From: Perkinsus chesapeaki ATCC PRA-425
Taxonomy: Eukaryota > Protista > Perkinsozoa
DNA: 64,000 bases
Reading direction: 5' to 3'
NCBI GenBank assembly: GCA_013115145.1
Contig: JAAPAO010000084.1
Coordinates: 22,960-86,959 of the forward strand
The translations under genes and the position numbers were made by a program. Position 1 is the stretch's first letter; each line of letters starts with the position of its first letter. Of the stretch, positions 1-14,220 are shown one piece after another. The notes below the pieces were generated by a model. That model worked only from the letters and a program-made list of their open reading frames with translations. It was not told the origin of the DNA and searched no databases.

Positions 1-826
1 TTGCAAGGCCCCACTTGAAGGCTGGTGCCCATTACCACAAGAAGGGTCGCTCTACCAAGATCCTCTTGCACACAATCGAAAAAGCGCTCTGGCAGGTTCT
101 CACCGAAGAACACAACGTCGGGTTTGACCAGGCCGTAGCAAGCGGCGCAGTGTACAGGCTTCTCAGAGGTAAGCAGGTCGGTCATTTTGCCACCGTAAGG
201 GCAACCACAATCAATACACCGCGCCGAACGGAGATGGCCGTGTGCTTGTACGACGAGGTCCTCAGGCACCCCAGCGTCAATCTCGAGGCTATCAATATTT
301 TGGGTGTAACACCGTAGCAAGGCTCCTTTATCGGCCAGCCATGCGATGAACTTGTGCGCAGCGGTAGGCTCGTGGGCGCCCCTGCCAAGCTGGGCTTCAT
401 GACACAGTTTATAGAACGGATAAGGATCATGTCTGAAGTAGTGGATCGAGAACAAGTCCTCAGGGGCTCGCAGACTGCTGGTGTATTTTTTGACGTTGGC
501 GTAGATGCCCGTGTTAGGCGAGCGGAAGTCTGGAATACCGGCGCTGACCGATATACCAGCGCCAGCCAGAACCACTACTCTCCGCCAGTATCTGCTTGGG
601 TCAGAGCATAACGCCTCCAATCCGACCTCCTTATCTGAAAACAGAAAATATGAAGAGTACCCGGGAATCACCGAGCTTCTGGCGTACCTCCGAAAACCTC
701 TCTAAACCGTTGCGGAATACTGGTTGGGCTTGACTCTGAAGCGGTGCTGAAGACGATCGACTCCGACTCGGCATCAGAATCATCACTATAGGGTTCGCTA
801 TGCTGAGACAGTGGGGATGAAGACAT
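1..826 (-). CDS. SIR2: NAD-dependent deacetylase, sirtuin class I (SIRT2/3-like); runs off the window start
   Basis: Manual translation: exon 1 MSSSPLSQHSE...REVFG, intron about 690-645, then VVVLAGAGISVSAGIPDFRS, YTQNID, QAHGH, CIDC...CAAC, KPDVVFFGENLP, VMGTSL. The ORF track shows only the antisense frames. Confidence 0.92.
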
Positions 827-1059
827 ATAGGTGACGAGAAAGATTCAACTGGTGAGCGGATAGGGAGAACTGTTCTGGTATGCGAGTAACTCAACCCCTC
901 ATGGTACAACAGGCACTGCTAGACAAAAAGGGAGCGGGATTCAGTTCACAGAAAAGCCGTCCGATGGGTGCGTACGGGGCCTTCTTTTCGCGCAATGACT
1001 CACGCTTTCCTCATCAAGCACATACGACGATGGTCTTGATGAGTCTAGCTGCCGGAAAG

Positions 1060-1841
1060 CTACCGCTCCTCCCGCCAGGTTGCGCGCTGAAAGCAAGATT
1101 TCGCTGAGTAACACCACGGCAGTTGCCTACCAGCTCGATCGCTATATGCATACTTGTCGCTGGGAATCTCGCCGTTGTCCAAAAGCCTCACCTGCACCTG
1201 ACCGTCATCAGTGCACCGGACATCATGTATCCGCTGGACGCACCGAGGGCCGCTCTGCCATCAAAGAGATGTTACAGCTTTTGGGATCTCCGACAGATTT
1301 ACCTCCCATTTCCCAGGAATCGGCTGCCGAGTTTTCGGGTCGAAGGTGACTGGCCGGGACAATCGAGTTCCATCTCGCAAATCAATCTTGTAGCTGTGCC
1401 AGGGACAGCTTAGGCAAGGAATGCCCTCAATCTGAGCACCTAGCTACGCCGCGACGCGGGGAACTCGTCCTACTTCCTCTATGTCGCCAGTTGTGAGGGG
1501 CCCACCCATATGATAGCATATTGAATCTAAACAGTAGATCGCTGGGGAGGCATCTGCTCTTTGGGAAGGCTCGGAACAACGCTTTGCTGATGGGTCAATA
1601 ATGACTGATACGTAACGACCCTCAACCTGACGGCAAGTGTGGCTGCCACTAATTGCGCCGATCCACCGAAGACTATCACGAAACTCACCTGAATATGCAC
1701 ACGTCGGAGCCTCCTCAGTTTTGAGAGTGAGCAAGCGTCATGCCATCGATGCTTTGCCCCCTCGAGCGAGCATTCTTTGTCTCTGGGTGCCGGCGTGACG
1801 GAGCTCTCCACCACTCCCGCCTTCTTGACAGAGGAACCCAT
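1060..1841 (-). CDS. RFESD: Rieske [2Fe-2S] domain protein, RFESD-like, 4 exons
   Basis: Spliced: RVHIQ|VEGRYVSVI...LDSICYHMGGPLTTGDIEE|IEGIPCLSCPWHSYKIDL...|QRIHDVRC...SDKYA. Both Rieske ligand boxes (CxH and CxxH) are present. Confidence 0.85.
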
Positions 1842-2058
1842 GAGATGTAACAACAGAAACCTCAATACGGCAGAGATATCCTTACCGAACTAGATCCCAT
1901 TCGTCCGGTATGAACTAGCTACCACACCCTAATCCACTGTTGTCAACCTGACGTATGCCACCGGGTCCATAGCAGAGCACAACCATCACCTGACCGCCCC
2001 TCGAAATGAAACTCTGGACAACCGGGTAAGTAGAAACATTTTTATGGGGGTTCTGATA

Positions 2059-2958
2059 TCAGAACGCTTTCTTATTGGTAGAATAGCGTACGCCAGCAGC
2101 TCTCTGTTGAGCCCTATACGCTTCCAACCTGGCCTTCTGCAGTGCATCTTCTTGGGCCTTGGCCTCCTTTTGCTTCTCGCGCTTCCCTACGAATGGAAGA
2201 TATAGACAAACACAATATATCGCAGCCGTGAGGTTTACGTCGATTCTTGGCGGCCTTTCTCTCGTCTGCTATCATTTGAGCATCTTTAGCTCTTTTGTGG
2301 CGCCGAGCTGCTACTGTGTAAAACGCGGTGTCCTCTGTCCCAGCGGCAGCTACAGGAGAATCCGGATACATCTCCGGTTCGGCAGCCTAAACAGGACACA
2401 ACTCCGCAAATGTAAGCGGGCGCTGCCAACCTTTCGCTCTCGTTGTTTCTTCTCAACAGCTTCCCAGTCTTCCTCTGCTTCAGAATCGGACAACTCTTGC
2501 GTGGGCGGTGCAATTTCCACGCGCTCCGGCAGAGGCTCTTCCTCCTTCGGTGGTAAAGGGGCGTTTGGATCTTCTATGGCATCACCGTGCTTCCCTGTCT
2601 TGGCTCTGAAAGATAGCACCCCATTTCTACTTAAAAAGAGAACCCCACATGCATAAATTGGCTTACTTAGTCTTCTTCTGTTTCTGCTGTTTTGATGGCT
2701 TCGCATGTTCTTCCTGTACATCCTTCACGGTGTTTTTCTTCGCCTTGGCCTTCTTGGATTTAGCAGGCCGGCTCGGCTTTGCTTCGGTCGCCTCGGTCGC
2801 ATTATTATCAGATGGAGCTAAAGTACATTCAGAAGGACTAGTAGTCATCCTTTCGGTTCCGGTCTACTTTTTCCGCTATTGGTATAGACCAGGTAGGCGC
2901 CATAACCGGCGCCTGCTGCGAGGGCCCACGAAATAGCAGATGAGATTATCCAGTGCAT
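2059..2958 (-). CDS. Hypothetical Lys/Glu-rich protein with an N-terminal hydrophobic anchor, multi-exon
   Basis: MHWIISSAISWALAAGAGYGAYLVYT joins the ORF-track segments 2663-2848, 2350-2721 and 2114-2371 through short GT-AG introns. It ends ...RYSTNKKAF*. Confidence 0.62.
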
Positions 2959-3113
2959 GGTCGCTCGAACGAGGGAAAGAATAATGAACTCCCAATAGTA
3001 AAACAAACTGCGGCGATTGGAGCGCAGGAGATGAACTAAATGCCGTAATTGTGAAAAAGAGTGAAACACATCGGCGCTCGTCATGGCAGCTCATGAGGGA
3101 TAAAAGAAGGCCA

Positions 3114-6100
3114 CTAGCGCGGCTCTGTCATACAGCTGTTAGATGCTCGATCACACCATTTCCCATAAGGGCAGTCGTCATCAACTTTGCAGCAGCCTCC
3201 ATTGTCGGAGCAGTGGATACCACAATTCGCACCTGACCATCGATGCTCATCATCTTTACTCTTCGTGCTGGCTTACCACTATAACCAGGAATACAAGTGC
3301 AGCTGCCAGTCTGTGTGAGGCCATCAGCGCTCACGTTACGGACGCAGACACCTTGACCCGAACAGGGAACCTTCATAACGGTGATGTGGAGACAACGACC
3401 AACTGCATTGTGAAGGAAACCGGCTGCACTCACCTGGACCCAGGGCAGGAAGCTCGATGGCCCGCTAGGACATACACGATGACCGCAATGACAGGCTCTC
3501 TCGGGCTTGCCGAAATGGCTCTCGTACAGGCCCATAACTTCCTCGGATAACAGGGCGCCCCGCAGAAGCGTCACTGAATGTATGGCCCCGGAAAAGAAGT
3601 TATTGTGGGAATCGTCATGGAGGCCGACGATGCCTTCTAGAAGAGTACCAGTGAAGTTAGAAGCCGTCGAGAGATTCACGTACCTAAAAAATAAGAGTGA
3701 AACCGAAGCTAGCAAGGAATCGTGCTCTCACGCAGACGACCGAACGCCCATTATCAAGCGAGAATTGTTGTTCCATATCGAAGGGCTTGCCGAGGAGCTA
3801 TTATAGGGCTGCCCGTATTTTTGACCGTTGCGGTAGAGAGTTATAATGTTTCCTCCGAATACAACGACGACTTGGACCTGGAAGACAATGCCAAGTGACG
3901 GCTCGGAATTGGCCGACAAGCTGTGTGGTGTTCTCCTTCGCGCCCAAGACGTCTCGGCTCCTGGTGTCTCCTTCGGATGCCAGCGACCATTCCCTAGGCT
4001 GCCTTAGACCGTATGTTATAGTGTCATATCTAAAACCATATAGCGGCTACTACTGTCGTATGGTGTTCATCGGGAACACCTCAGGCCGCAGTTGGACGCA
4101 TAGCAGTCCTCGATTCCAAAGACACCGCCGCCACCAGCGTGCTCGAGCAGGGTAAACTCTTTAACAGCGATAACGCGTAACCTCGAGTCGCCGTCCTCAT
4201 AGCGATCAGGATGCCACATACGATCGCGGGCGCCACTCAGATTGACACGGATGCAGCGGGCTTGGAAGTGTGTGGTCGTTGGAACGTAAAAAACGTATCT
4301 GGTAACGTACAAAAGGTCAATAACTTAATAAGGCAATACACAAGCGGGATCTGTGACACTGTTCTGACCAAGACCTTAGCATAGGCTATAGATGTGGAGA
4401 TAGCGATATGCCTAATGTGCTTACTCTTGGTTGTCTATAATAGACTCAACTAGGTTAAATGATATGCAATCGGTGCTCTGATAGAGGTATATGTCTATGG
4501 CACGATAAAGGAACTCAAGGTAGATACCAGCTAAGTTGAATAATTCAGAGAAATACACCTGACACGGTGTTCTCATTCGATACCCCACTGAGGAAAGTCC
4601 CACTGTAAAGACTGCATCCTCTACACCTTGTTTGGTGCTCCAGTAGGTCTCTCGGCTGCCGTCCAGGGCAGCTCCAGATGGGAAGGACCAAGTACCAGTC
4701 CGAGTCACACTATAATGCCAGCGAGCTAGATTCTGGAGAACACGGGTAAATTAGAGACAACCGACGCCCGCTGACCTGGTCGAGGCGAACATAGAGGTTT
4801 CTGATGGACATCCCTATCCTATTGGGCTCATTCGCGGCGTCATCGAAAGGACGGACAAAGGATACCCTTAGGTAGCGCAACCTCACAAAGCCAGTGAACT
4901 GCTCTAGCTTCTCATCGAGATTCACTGGACCGATCACGCGTATTTCTGAGGTGGCACAGAGAGTTGATTGGATAACCTCAGGAAGGCACCTGTCCAGGAT
5001 ACCGCATCCTCTGAGACCTCGAAAAACCTGTCACCGAGGGAAGCTGGCTGCATGCCCCACAGGCACCGGACCATGTCGACCGGGTAGACAGCGAGGAGGT
5101 CAAGAGTGATGGAGCCTGGTTCTTGGGGTGGCCCGGGGATTGACATCCACATGGTGGAGTTGTTCGGGGAGATCGCATTAGCTGGATCTACGGAAACAGA
5201 AAGTCTGGGCAAACAATAGCAGGTAGCCTGTAGCATTTCCCAACAAGTCCCACCAGGCTACCTCACCTGTAGTGAAAAGGTCAGAGGCCTCAGCGGTAGC
5301 CCCAGTCGGTTGCTGGTTGTCCTCTGCCCTCCAGACCTCAATCTCCGCTATTCGGAATTGCGCTGCCAAAGGGTCTACGTTCTCGTGCATCCTCACCCAG
5401 ATGCGTCGGGCAGGTCGAAGGAGCAAAACCTGTTCCTCGGCTAGAAAGGTGCTGTAGAAGCGTAGCGGACCTCGTTGATCTCGTCGGTGTTCTCAGTGAA
5501 GCTCATGACCTCCGTGTACTCTCCGCTTCGATCTTCCAGGTCCACCGAAAATCGTTTACAGATGTTCACAGAGTTCCAGCTGAGATTGCGCATGCTAGTG
5601 GAGCCGTGCGTCAGCGGTCTCACATAATGCGTATCTTTCCGATCATAGCATCGGTTGCGGGCGAGCTAGACACGTAAGCTCGAATCCACGTCTCCAATGA
5701 ACCAACATTCACCGAAAATTTCCTGAAAACAAGGTACAGTGTGGAAGGCCAACACAGTCCCTGGAGACGCACGAGGCGCTGAGGCCGTCGAATGCATAGA
5801 GAGGATGCTCCGTATAGTCGGAAGCCTCAAAACCGCCAAAGCAGCATCCGCTCCAACAAGTATTGGTTGTGCACTTTGTCCCAGGGGTATAAACCCTGAG
5901 GCTCCGGAGCGCTAAATACAGAAGCGAGGCACTTCTTGGCTTCGCAGCCTCATAATCTTACCCGTGAGCGGGACAGATTGATAGTTGTTGGATGCTTCCA
6001 CGGTTACCCGGAACCTATCGCAGGTGAAGCCCTTTCTTAGGTACGTACTTTGCAGATTCCCGGTGATAGTGAGGCCGGTGAAAGAGTACTGCATGGACAT

Positions 6101-9100
6101 CAATCGTAGAGCATTACCGAGTGCTCAACTCACTGGTGGACTCCATGCAGCTTGGGCAAGGTTCCAGTAGTATATAGAGAACTCTCGAGGAGCCGCTAGC
6201 CACGTAAATAGTATTCCTGATACTTCAGTACCGGACCCTGGTGATGCAAATTCGAATGTGGCAGAAGGGGAAGCAGCTGCTCCAGGGTTTGGAATCCAGA
6301 AGGTCTGAACCAGAGCAGTGGAAGCCAAGGCTTGGCTACCGGACAAGACTACCCTCAGGGAACAACAATTTATATACCCGAGGCTCTACAAGTTTTCCTA
6401 GTGCGGATAAAAAACTGACAATTTGATAAAAAATATATTCCCTGTGAAGAGGATCTAATGCGTTTCCAACAACCAGTTGTTGGTCACGATGTTGTTGTCA
6501 ACAGCTGCTCCTTTAGGGCTCCATGAATCGATTCCGAAGCCACTAAACAACTGCCTACCGAGTCGAGATCGTCAAGAGCTTGATCTGGATAATACTCGGC
6601 TGCCGAAGCTTGAGTGTCAGACCATATACTCTTCCCAAGCTGCAGCTGTGTATCAAAGGTAACGTCCACACTGTAGATGCTATACAGCTTCGGTTGCCAA
6701 AGGCCATCTGCCTGGGAACCGGTTGTTGGAAGATGCCAGCGCACGCGGCTGGTACCGAAGCCAAGTCGTAAGCTCTCCGAGTCATCGATAGTTTAATGTA
6801 GTTCGCTTGGAAGTACTCGCTGATGACGACGGTTTTAGCAGTATTGCCGCGATGCTGCTTAAATAGGGACCAGCTGCTCTTGTCCAATGACAGGTAAACA
6901 TCAAAATCTAGGGGCTCGTCACGGAACTAATGAAACAAAGGTTCCTAAGCGAAATTGGAGTGCGACGGTATCTTCACCTTGAAGACAACTCTCGACACAA
7001 AGTAGGGATGGAGGACCTTGGCCGTTGCTATGTCTCTCAAGGTGATGATAAGATCGGCCTCGTTAGCATCCACCTCGCTCACCCAAAAGGTCGAATCCAC
7101 CCTGAGCCCATATCAAGTCGCACTATACCCAACCAACGCACCCGTCGACAGCCTTGGAAGCCGAATGATCCCAGTGGGCATTTGAAACCGCACTGGCGCC
7201 CCGATTGCTAAGTGCAAGGTTTCCTGACTGGTAAACCTCGAAAGCTTCCAATCGGTATTCAGTGGAAAATGTATCTATACTCGGCCGTGTATTCGGGCGC
7301 AGTGAAAGGCTACTTTCCGCTAGCTCCGCAGGCAGCCTCAAAGTGAACATCAAATGCAGCGCAGGTCGCGTCGTGAACTTGATAACAATACTGCTGTCTT
7401 TGTTGAGGTCAGTCGTATAGACTGTAAGAGAGCTCCAGTCACAGTCACTCACAATCGGCTCGAGGCATATTCCTAGGGTGTAGGCGCGCGGGAATGAAGA
7501 GGCCTCAAAGATGGCACGGACACCCCAGACATCCTCAACGTTAGCGAGGGTGACTTGAAGGTAGTGCACTCCTTCGGCATCAAGGGTTCGAGCAGCCGAG
7601 GCTGCAACACCATCAAGAGCAAACTGAGCTCCGATGAGCGAACTCTCATAGATGGCTTGGAAGGCCGCATCGGCTCGTTTGACTTCAATCTCCGCGATTC
7701 TCACCAAGCCATCTGGAGGACCGGCTTTGAAGGTCACCCGGATGCACTGCAGACAGCCGTGGGTTACCGAAAGATACACACCCTCGGTCGAAGGGAAGCT
7801 CGGGGCCTGAGCGCGATCAGCATGGTTTGCCATTAAGACCAGACAACTGCCATGCTGCACCTGGTTGGCATTCCCCGGTCCATAAGACTCGCCAGGATCA
7901 GAATAATCGGCGCAATCCGAGCTTCCTTGTATAACGAACTCTCCCGCTGTGTAAGCTTGCGCTCCGAACCACAAAATGACCTTCGAAAGATTGACGCAAG
8001 AGCCGAGGTCCAAGGTGTATGTTGGTTGCTGCGAGGCGGGAACGTCTGTATACCAGAACCTATGCGATAAGGAGCTTTGAAATCAGCGAATATGGAAGCG
8101 CGCACGTCTCCAAGTCACCGTCAACTGCAAGGGAGGTATCTGCCGACGGAGCTGTTATCTGTGTTGCCAATGGCGTGCTTGTAATAGCTATGTTGTCGAA
8201 CGCTGAGTACGCCTCAATAGCGGCAAGGCCCATTATCTGATGCAAGATGTATCGACCGTTCGTAGCGCAAATAGCTGTCCCCAGCACACAACTGTACCCA
8301 GTCATCTCCTGCTCTGTCGACCATGCTGTCCTTCATTAGTGTCACTCTTAAGAAACGACGATAAAACGTACCAAAGGCCCGGATGCGCATGGCGAAGTAA
8401 TAGTTGAACGGATCGATCTTCACTATGCGACCAGAAGGGCAGGAGTACTCAATGGCATCTTCAGTGCTCAGGAGCCCGAGGTCGCCCAGCGCCGGGCTCC
8501 AGAAGCAGCTGTCCCTCCAAGACTCCGTCGCCCCATCTCGGAGCTGAACACGGAATGCAGCCGACCGGTAGCTTAACCTCAGATGCACGACGTCGATTGG
8601 GAGCCTGGCGTTCAAGTCGACGATGATGCCAAAATCTGTAACATCTGAGACAGCACCGGTTGCGGACACACCGGTGATGCTGAGGTACGAAGGTTGCCTA
8701 GCGCCGTACGGCACACGGAAGTCTGTGGAATCGTCACCATCGATTGCATGAATAGGGTCGCCTCTGGTGACAAAGATGCCTTCACCTGCCTCAGCGGCCA
8801 GCCAAGAGGTACCGGCAACGTAGTTATAAGTAGAATCCAAACCAAGCGCCAGATTCGAGGTTAACCCGAAGATTCTGACCTCCACCACACCTGCGGTGGC
8901 CGCATTGGAGTGGGGCTGCTCTATCACCAGCTTCACCTTCTGAATCGGCGCGTGAGACTTGTAAGTGAACGGGTTCGGGTTGCTGACCGTGTTCTGAGTA
9001 GCCGAGTAGATCTCTCTGTAGGAGAGGCCATTGTCCATGGAGATCAGCCAGCTAAAGGAGCGTGCCGGAAAAGCCGGATCCAGTTGAACCTCGAAGCGCC

Positions 9101-12100
9101 CTAAGGAGACCCCAGCACCAGTGGCGGCTGCCACATCCATGACAATAGCGTCTGAGACCCCCATGATAAAGGAAGCGTTAGTCAGGTTGTCCACGGCCAA
9201 TGAGGGATCGGCACACGGTACAAGAGTACGCTCGTTGATGCACGTAAGGTTATGTGGGTACACCAGATTGCTGGCAAGGTTGGCATCTGTCCAGGCGTAG
9301 AGCTCAACTTCGGCAATTTGGAGGATCGACGAGGAATAATAAGGGGCGCCTTGGGACACCGCAAGTTGGAAATGGCGAAGGGAGAGTCCACCAGGGATGT
9401 GGTCAAACGGGAGCTCCATGCTTTGGACCGTTGAAACTGAAAGTGGCCTGTAGAATCATCGACAGTGCGAAGCCTACCGGTGTCACAAGTGCTGGTAGAG
9501 CAAGCCAGTGGGGACCAGCTTGAGCCGTCACTGCTGTAGGAGAAGTCCACCGCGCCAGGAACGTAACCTTTTCTGAATCTTACTCGGATCAAGCTCACTG
9601 CGGTCCGGATTTGGCCCAAATCAACCCGCAACCAAGCAGAGTCCTGCCCAGGCTGCGCGCTCCACCAAGTGTGGTCGTCACCGTCAAACGCGTAGGCTGG
9701 TGGGTAGTTCCATCGATTAACAAAGCTAACTGGCTTAAGTCTCGCGATGTTAGTGTCCAGCTTAACCTCGACCTCGCGTATACTGTACACGAACAGGTTG
9801 GCACTCGGTCCCGGCCCGCGGACAGTAGCTGCCCTATGCATGCTGATACGGAGCATCTCAGCTGCGAAGAAAACTGTACTGGTGGTAGTGTTGAGTGAAT
9901 TGTCCTCATAAGTGTCAACAATCGTCCATGATGATCCACCATCAAGAGATACTTCTATATCGAAATCCAATGGTCTATGAAACCAATGGATCACAGTTTC
10001 CTCAGCGTAGATGGTGCCGTTGAAGTCGACCTCCCAAGTAGCCTCGAAATTTCGAACCACGCTCACGTGGCTCGACCAATAAGTACTCATGTCGCCGTCA
10101 ACAGCCATCTCCGAGGCATAGGCCTCGCTCCACTCCGAAGTCACCGTAGAAGTGGTAGAGTTTTTCACACCAAGATTCGTCACCTCTTCGCTGCTGTTAA
10201 CGGTTACCCAGACCTCCAGTGTCTTGTCAGCCAACTGGCCCCAGGCAGCCGGCAGCGGGTCAGTGTAGGCCCACTGCTTTTGTTCCTTGTCCAAGATCAT
10301 AGCGCCACCCACTATCGGCGCACCGTTTTCAATGTGGCAGCCCAAGCCGGAGCCGAGGGAGTCGTGGCAACCGGTAGTGTCGTTGAAGACAAATCTCGCC
10401 AGTTTGGTGTAGCACTTGTCCCGACTGGTGAGCTCACAGATGGCATTGATACACTCGAGGCCGTCATACCACACAGTGTTGTTAATCGCGGAAAATCTCG
10501 ATAGGACTTGGGAGGGCAAAGTGTTCATCGCCAGCAAGTTAGGAGCGCACACCGCGCCGACCTCGGTGAAGTCCCGGCCGGGACACTCGGTCAGAAAGTG
10601 CGTGGCGACACCGTTGAAGAGGTCGGTTGTGTTCTCGAAGAGCGGCGGAAGGGAGACTGCCAACTCCTGGCATGCCGACCACGGGTCATTGCCGGCGTTG
10701 ATGGCCGAGTAGGCGCATTCCTTCAGCTGGTTCCTGTAGAAATAGTTGAGCTCCAACCTGTAGAAAAGAGCCGGTGCAAGTGGAACAGCTGACACCCGAA
10801 ATGCTACAACTTGGGTCCTGCAAACATGCACGTTGCACAGCTCTGCCCAGCGGGCCAATGGAGGAACGGCACTCGAGTCGGCGGGCCACACTGGTACTTG
10901 CAGAACTCCGCATCGTATAGCGAAAGGCAATCAAAGCACTCCTGAGGAACAGTGATCCTGCCAGGCTCGTTATAAGGAGTATTGGCAGTCGTAATATGCT
11001 AACCTGTCTAGTTCGCTGCAGTGTCCTCAGTAGGAATACGGCATGAGACTGCATCTGCCCGCGAACGTTCAAGTAGTTATTGACGCCATCACCCATATCT
11101 TTGCAATCACACGTGTCACCCTTAACCTCTCCATTGCCCGGCAGCCCATTCCCATCAGCCCAATACAAGAATTGCGGCTTAGGTGTTACCTGAAATGAAG
11201 GTGAATTTCTTGGTGCATTGAAGATATGTTCCACATTCAAGCAAGAGGTCAGGCCATTCGACCTTCCTCGACAACCTCGTACTCTGCCAGGCAGCAATCG
11301 GTGAATGCCTAGCACTTACCTGCGGTGCCGTGGGGTATCCGATTCGGTAGACCTGATAAGCTCTACTACACGTCCCAGCTTTATAAACATAACCACAGTG
11401 ACTATCGTACTTGCACCCTGAGAAATTCTTGCGCGCCAGGAAATAAAAGACGGCCACCAACCTCGACACACCGAGTGCTTCTGGTATTGCAGCAGTGGCC
11501 TGCCCTCATTCAGCCCACCGACCGGCGGCAGCTGCCTCCAGGGGTCGGCAGTCACAGCGAAGGACGAGTCCAGGGCGTCCCACGTCATCTGGGAGGCCTC
11601 CAAACATGTGCACGTGAAGCCATACCGCTCGCCGCAGCGCTCTTGGTGGAACACAGAGTACATGTTCTGCATAGCAAAGACTCGAGTGCAGTAATCACAG
11701 TTGCACTGGGCAAAGTAGAGACGATAAGGGTTATAGCGGTGCTCCATCACGCAGTAATGAAAGAGGGAGCGCTTCTTGAAGGAAACCTACATACGAGGAG
11801 ATGGATGGTGAGCTTATCTGGCATCCGAATATACAACGGCGGCGGTGAGGTCCATTACGCTACCGGCTTAAAAATGGTTGCCGAAGATTTCATCCCAAAT
11901 GATAAGATACGCTTCTTCGTAACAAGAATCCATGGATGGCGCATGCAAACTTTGTGAAGGCGGTTCGAGTGACCGAGGGTTCGAGTGAGGCCTTCAGTTG
12001 GCCGTCCCTTACCGTTCCAGCGCCGGTGGCGATATTGAGCAGATGCGTGTCATCGACCTTGACGCTCCGTGTTCCATCTTGGCTCGTAATGACCAGCGCT

Positions 12101-14111
12101 CCCAGTGAGTTGGTGAAACGGAACTCCTTCTGGCAGCCCAGGAAATAGGGGTGCATCTGGTCCCATTCCAGGAGACCATTCCGGCACGGCCGACTCCTAT
12201 AGGACTTCACCGAGCTTAAGGCAGATTGACCGGCTGTAGCTTCATTGGTACCGTTCCGCAACAGGGCGTCTGTGTATATAGCGGAGACTTCAACAGCGGT
12301 ACGACCAACATTCTGAATTACGATGGCGCAGTGCCTGCCACGGAGCCATCGGCGAACAGGGATTTATGACGCCTTACGTATTGCCAGAAATCCCAGTGCA
12401 TGACTGGAGGGTGTCAAGAGGCCTCTGCTCGTTATCACAGACAGCCACGCCGCTCGAAACAACGCCCTTCCGCCCAACCCCGCTGACAGCACCAACAAGT
12501 TCGCTGTAGTCTCCACCTGGACACCTATCGTGCGTCCTCAATTTCCAACTTAGTATCGTTGGAGCAGCAAATTGCTCCACATCAGTGGCGGCCACGAAGC
12601 CCACCCAGGCATTGCCGGGCCTCGGATCATCTTCCCCTTTGGTCACATTCGGGTGCTCATACGTCTGCACGCCATCAGCTCGTACCACCTTCGCCAAGTC
12701 GACCAATGTGTTGATAACCAGCTGACCATTAATTTCCACACTCAGAGCCCCAACTCTGCCATTAACCCAGTTCTCCAGTGCATATAGCTGCTGGCTTCCC
12801 CCTATAAAATCAGTGGACCAGCCAGTGAAGGGTCTGTCCCATCGGGGCTCGCCGTTCTGCACGTCGTAGCGTATCGTCACTTTATGCGTGCCATTCCTCA
12901 GCTGTGGTAAACGGTCGCCAGTCGCCTCCGCCAGCATGTTCACAGCGTGGTCACCCGAGTTCGCCGTTTCGCCCTCATTTGCCTGCTTCGCCCACGGCAC
13001 CATCACCGCAACATGATTCCAGGTCGCGTCGTTCGAACCCGCGTCAAAAAAGAAGTCAAATTCCACCGCCAAGTTTCGCGCAAAGCTGTAGCCCAACTGT
13101 CCGGCTTCCGAGCCTGCTATCTTCGCTTCCAGAGACGGCGGACTGCCTTCATTCTGGACCACGAAAGCGAAGCCTCGGCCACCTTGTGGCATGCACCACC
13201 GTCGGCCTTCACTTGTTGGTGCCGATATCGGACAGTACAGTGAGGCGTGGAGCACCGTAAAGTAGAAAGTAGTCTCGAAGCCATAGGCGACCGCTTGCTT
13301 CTCCTTGAAAAATACACCTCCGTACCGCTCTGGTTTCGGAGACACTAGGCGTGCACCATACACGCAGATCTAAGTGCAACGGATGTGTCCAGGGGAGGCC
13401 GAGGCCTCACCTGAGGCCTGCTATGTGGCAGAGGATCCAGGCCACCGTCCGGGACCCAATCGGTCGTTCGACATACGTACGTATACGATTTATTAACGAC
13501 CTTCCCTGCCTGGGAGCTGTCCAAGTAGGCAAAGGCGTTCGGGTGTGTGGGAGGGCATGGGCCCTGATAGACGTTAATTTGCCGGGGCGCCAACGGCTCA
13601 TCTGTTCTGAGAAACATGTGTATGCTATGGCTCCTGTTTTCAAGACTACGAGATTCCACTATAAATAAGCTCAAAGCTCCAGGGCAAGCTGGAGTTCAGG
13701 TGCCATCCCCATTTCTAGTATGAGAGTAACCTGGCCTTTGCCTACCCGTTATCAGTTGGTGCGGCATAGAAGCCAGTGCCAGTAGAAGGAAACGAAACGC
13801 TGACTTACCGCATCTGCTGAAAGCGGAAGTAGTCGGGTGATCTCGGCTGCGTCCGAGAGTCGTCTATCACTTGTGCCATCGCCGTATCGTTGCAATATTC
13901 CTCTTGGAATTCCGTGGAGAAAAAGCCGATCTGAAAAGGTTAAATGAGATACTAAAAATGGCAGCTTGAATCCCACCTCGGCGTCCAGCAAGACGTGCAT
14001 CCCTGTCAAACTGCCGGTCGGATCCACCCGGAAGCGATCAATGTCGATATCGCTGCGCACGATAGTGGCGCTAATCAACAATAGGAGGATTAGGCTCCAT
14101 TGGGGTAGCAT
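3114..14111 (-). CDS. Very large secreted multidomain protein: signal peptide, legume (L-type) lectin, about 8 or more F5/8 type C (discoidin)-like repeats, LamG-like jellyroll, C-terminal EGF/Cys-rich end
   Basis: Signal MLPQWSLILLLLISATIVRS. Lectin motifs GFETTFYF, GFAFVVQN and LAVEFD lie at 12374-13363. A[VFL]DG..[TS].W motifs recur (AVDGDMSTYWSS, AFDGDDHTWWSA, AIDGDDST, ALDGSRETYWST). LamG-like ITLYRNG..YG.PY and FSGAIHSVTL; EGF-like CTCIPGYSG|ANC. Many short introns; the single-gene model is an inference. Confidence 0.78.
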
Positions 14112-14220
14112 AAGTAACACGGACGCCTTCTCATAGGCATATAATATGCCGAGGGGCCGACCTCAAGGCGAACAACACAATTGCAATGGAAACGTAATTG
14201 TTCTGGTAAATATAGCTCCA

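Noticed and set aside
15-611. Plus-strand ORFs 15-317 and 354-611
   Set aside because: They are antisense shadows of the sirtuin exon.
11325-11957. 210-aa plus-strand ORF and similar ones (2159-2656, 9977-10504, 22435-23076)
   Set aside because: They are antisense to well-supported minus-strand genes and have no motifs.
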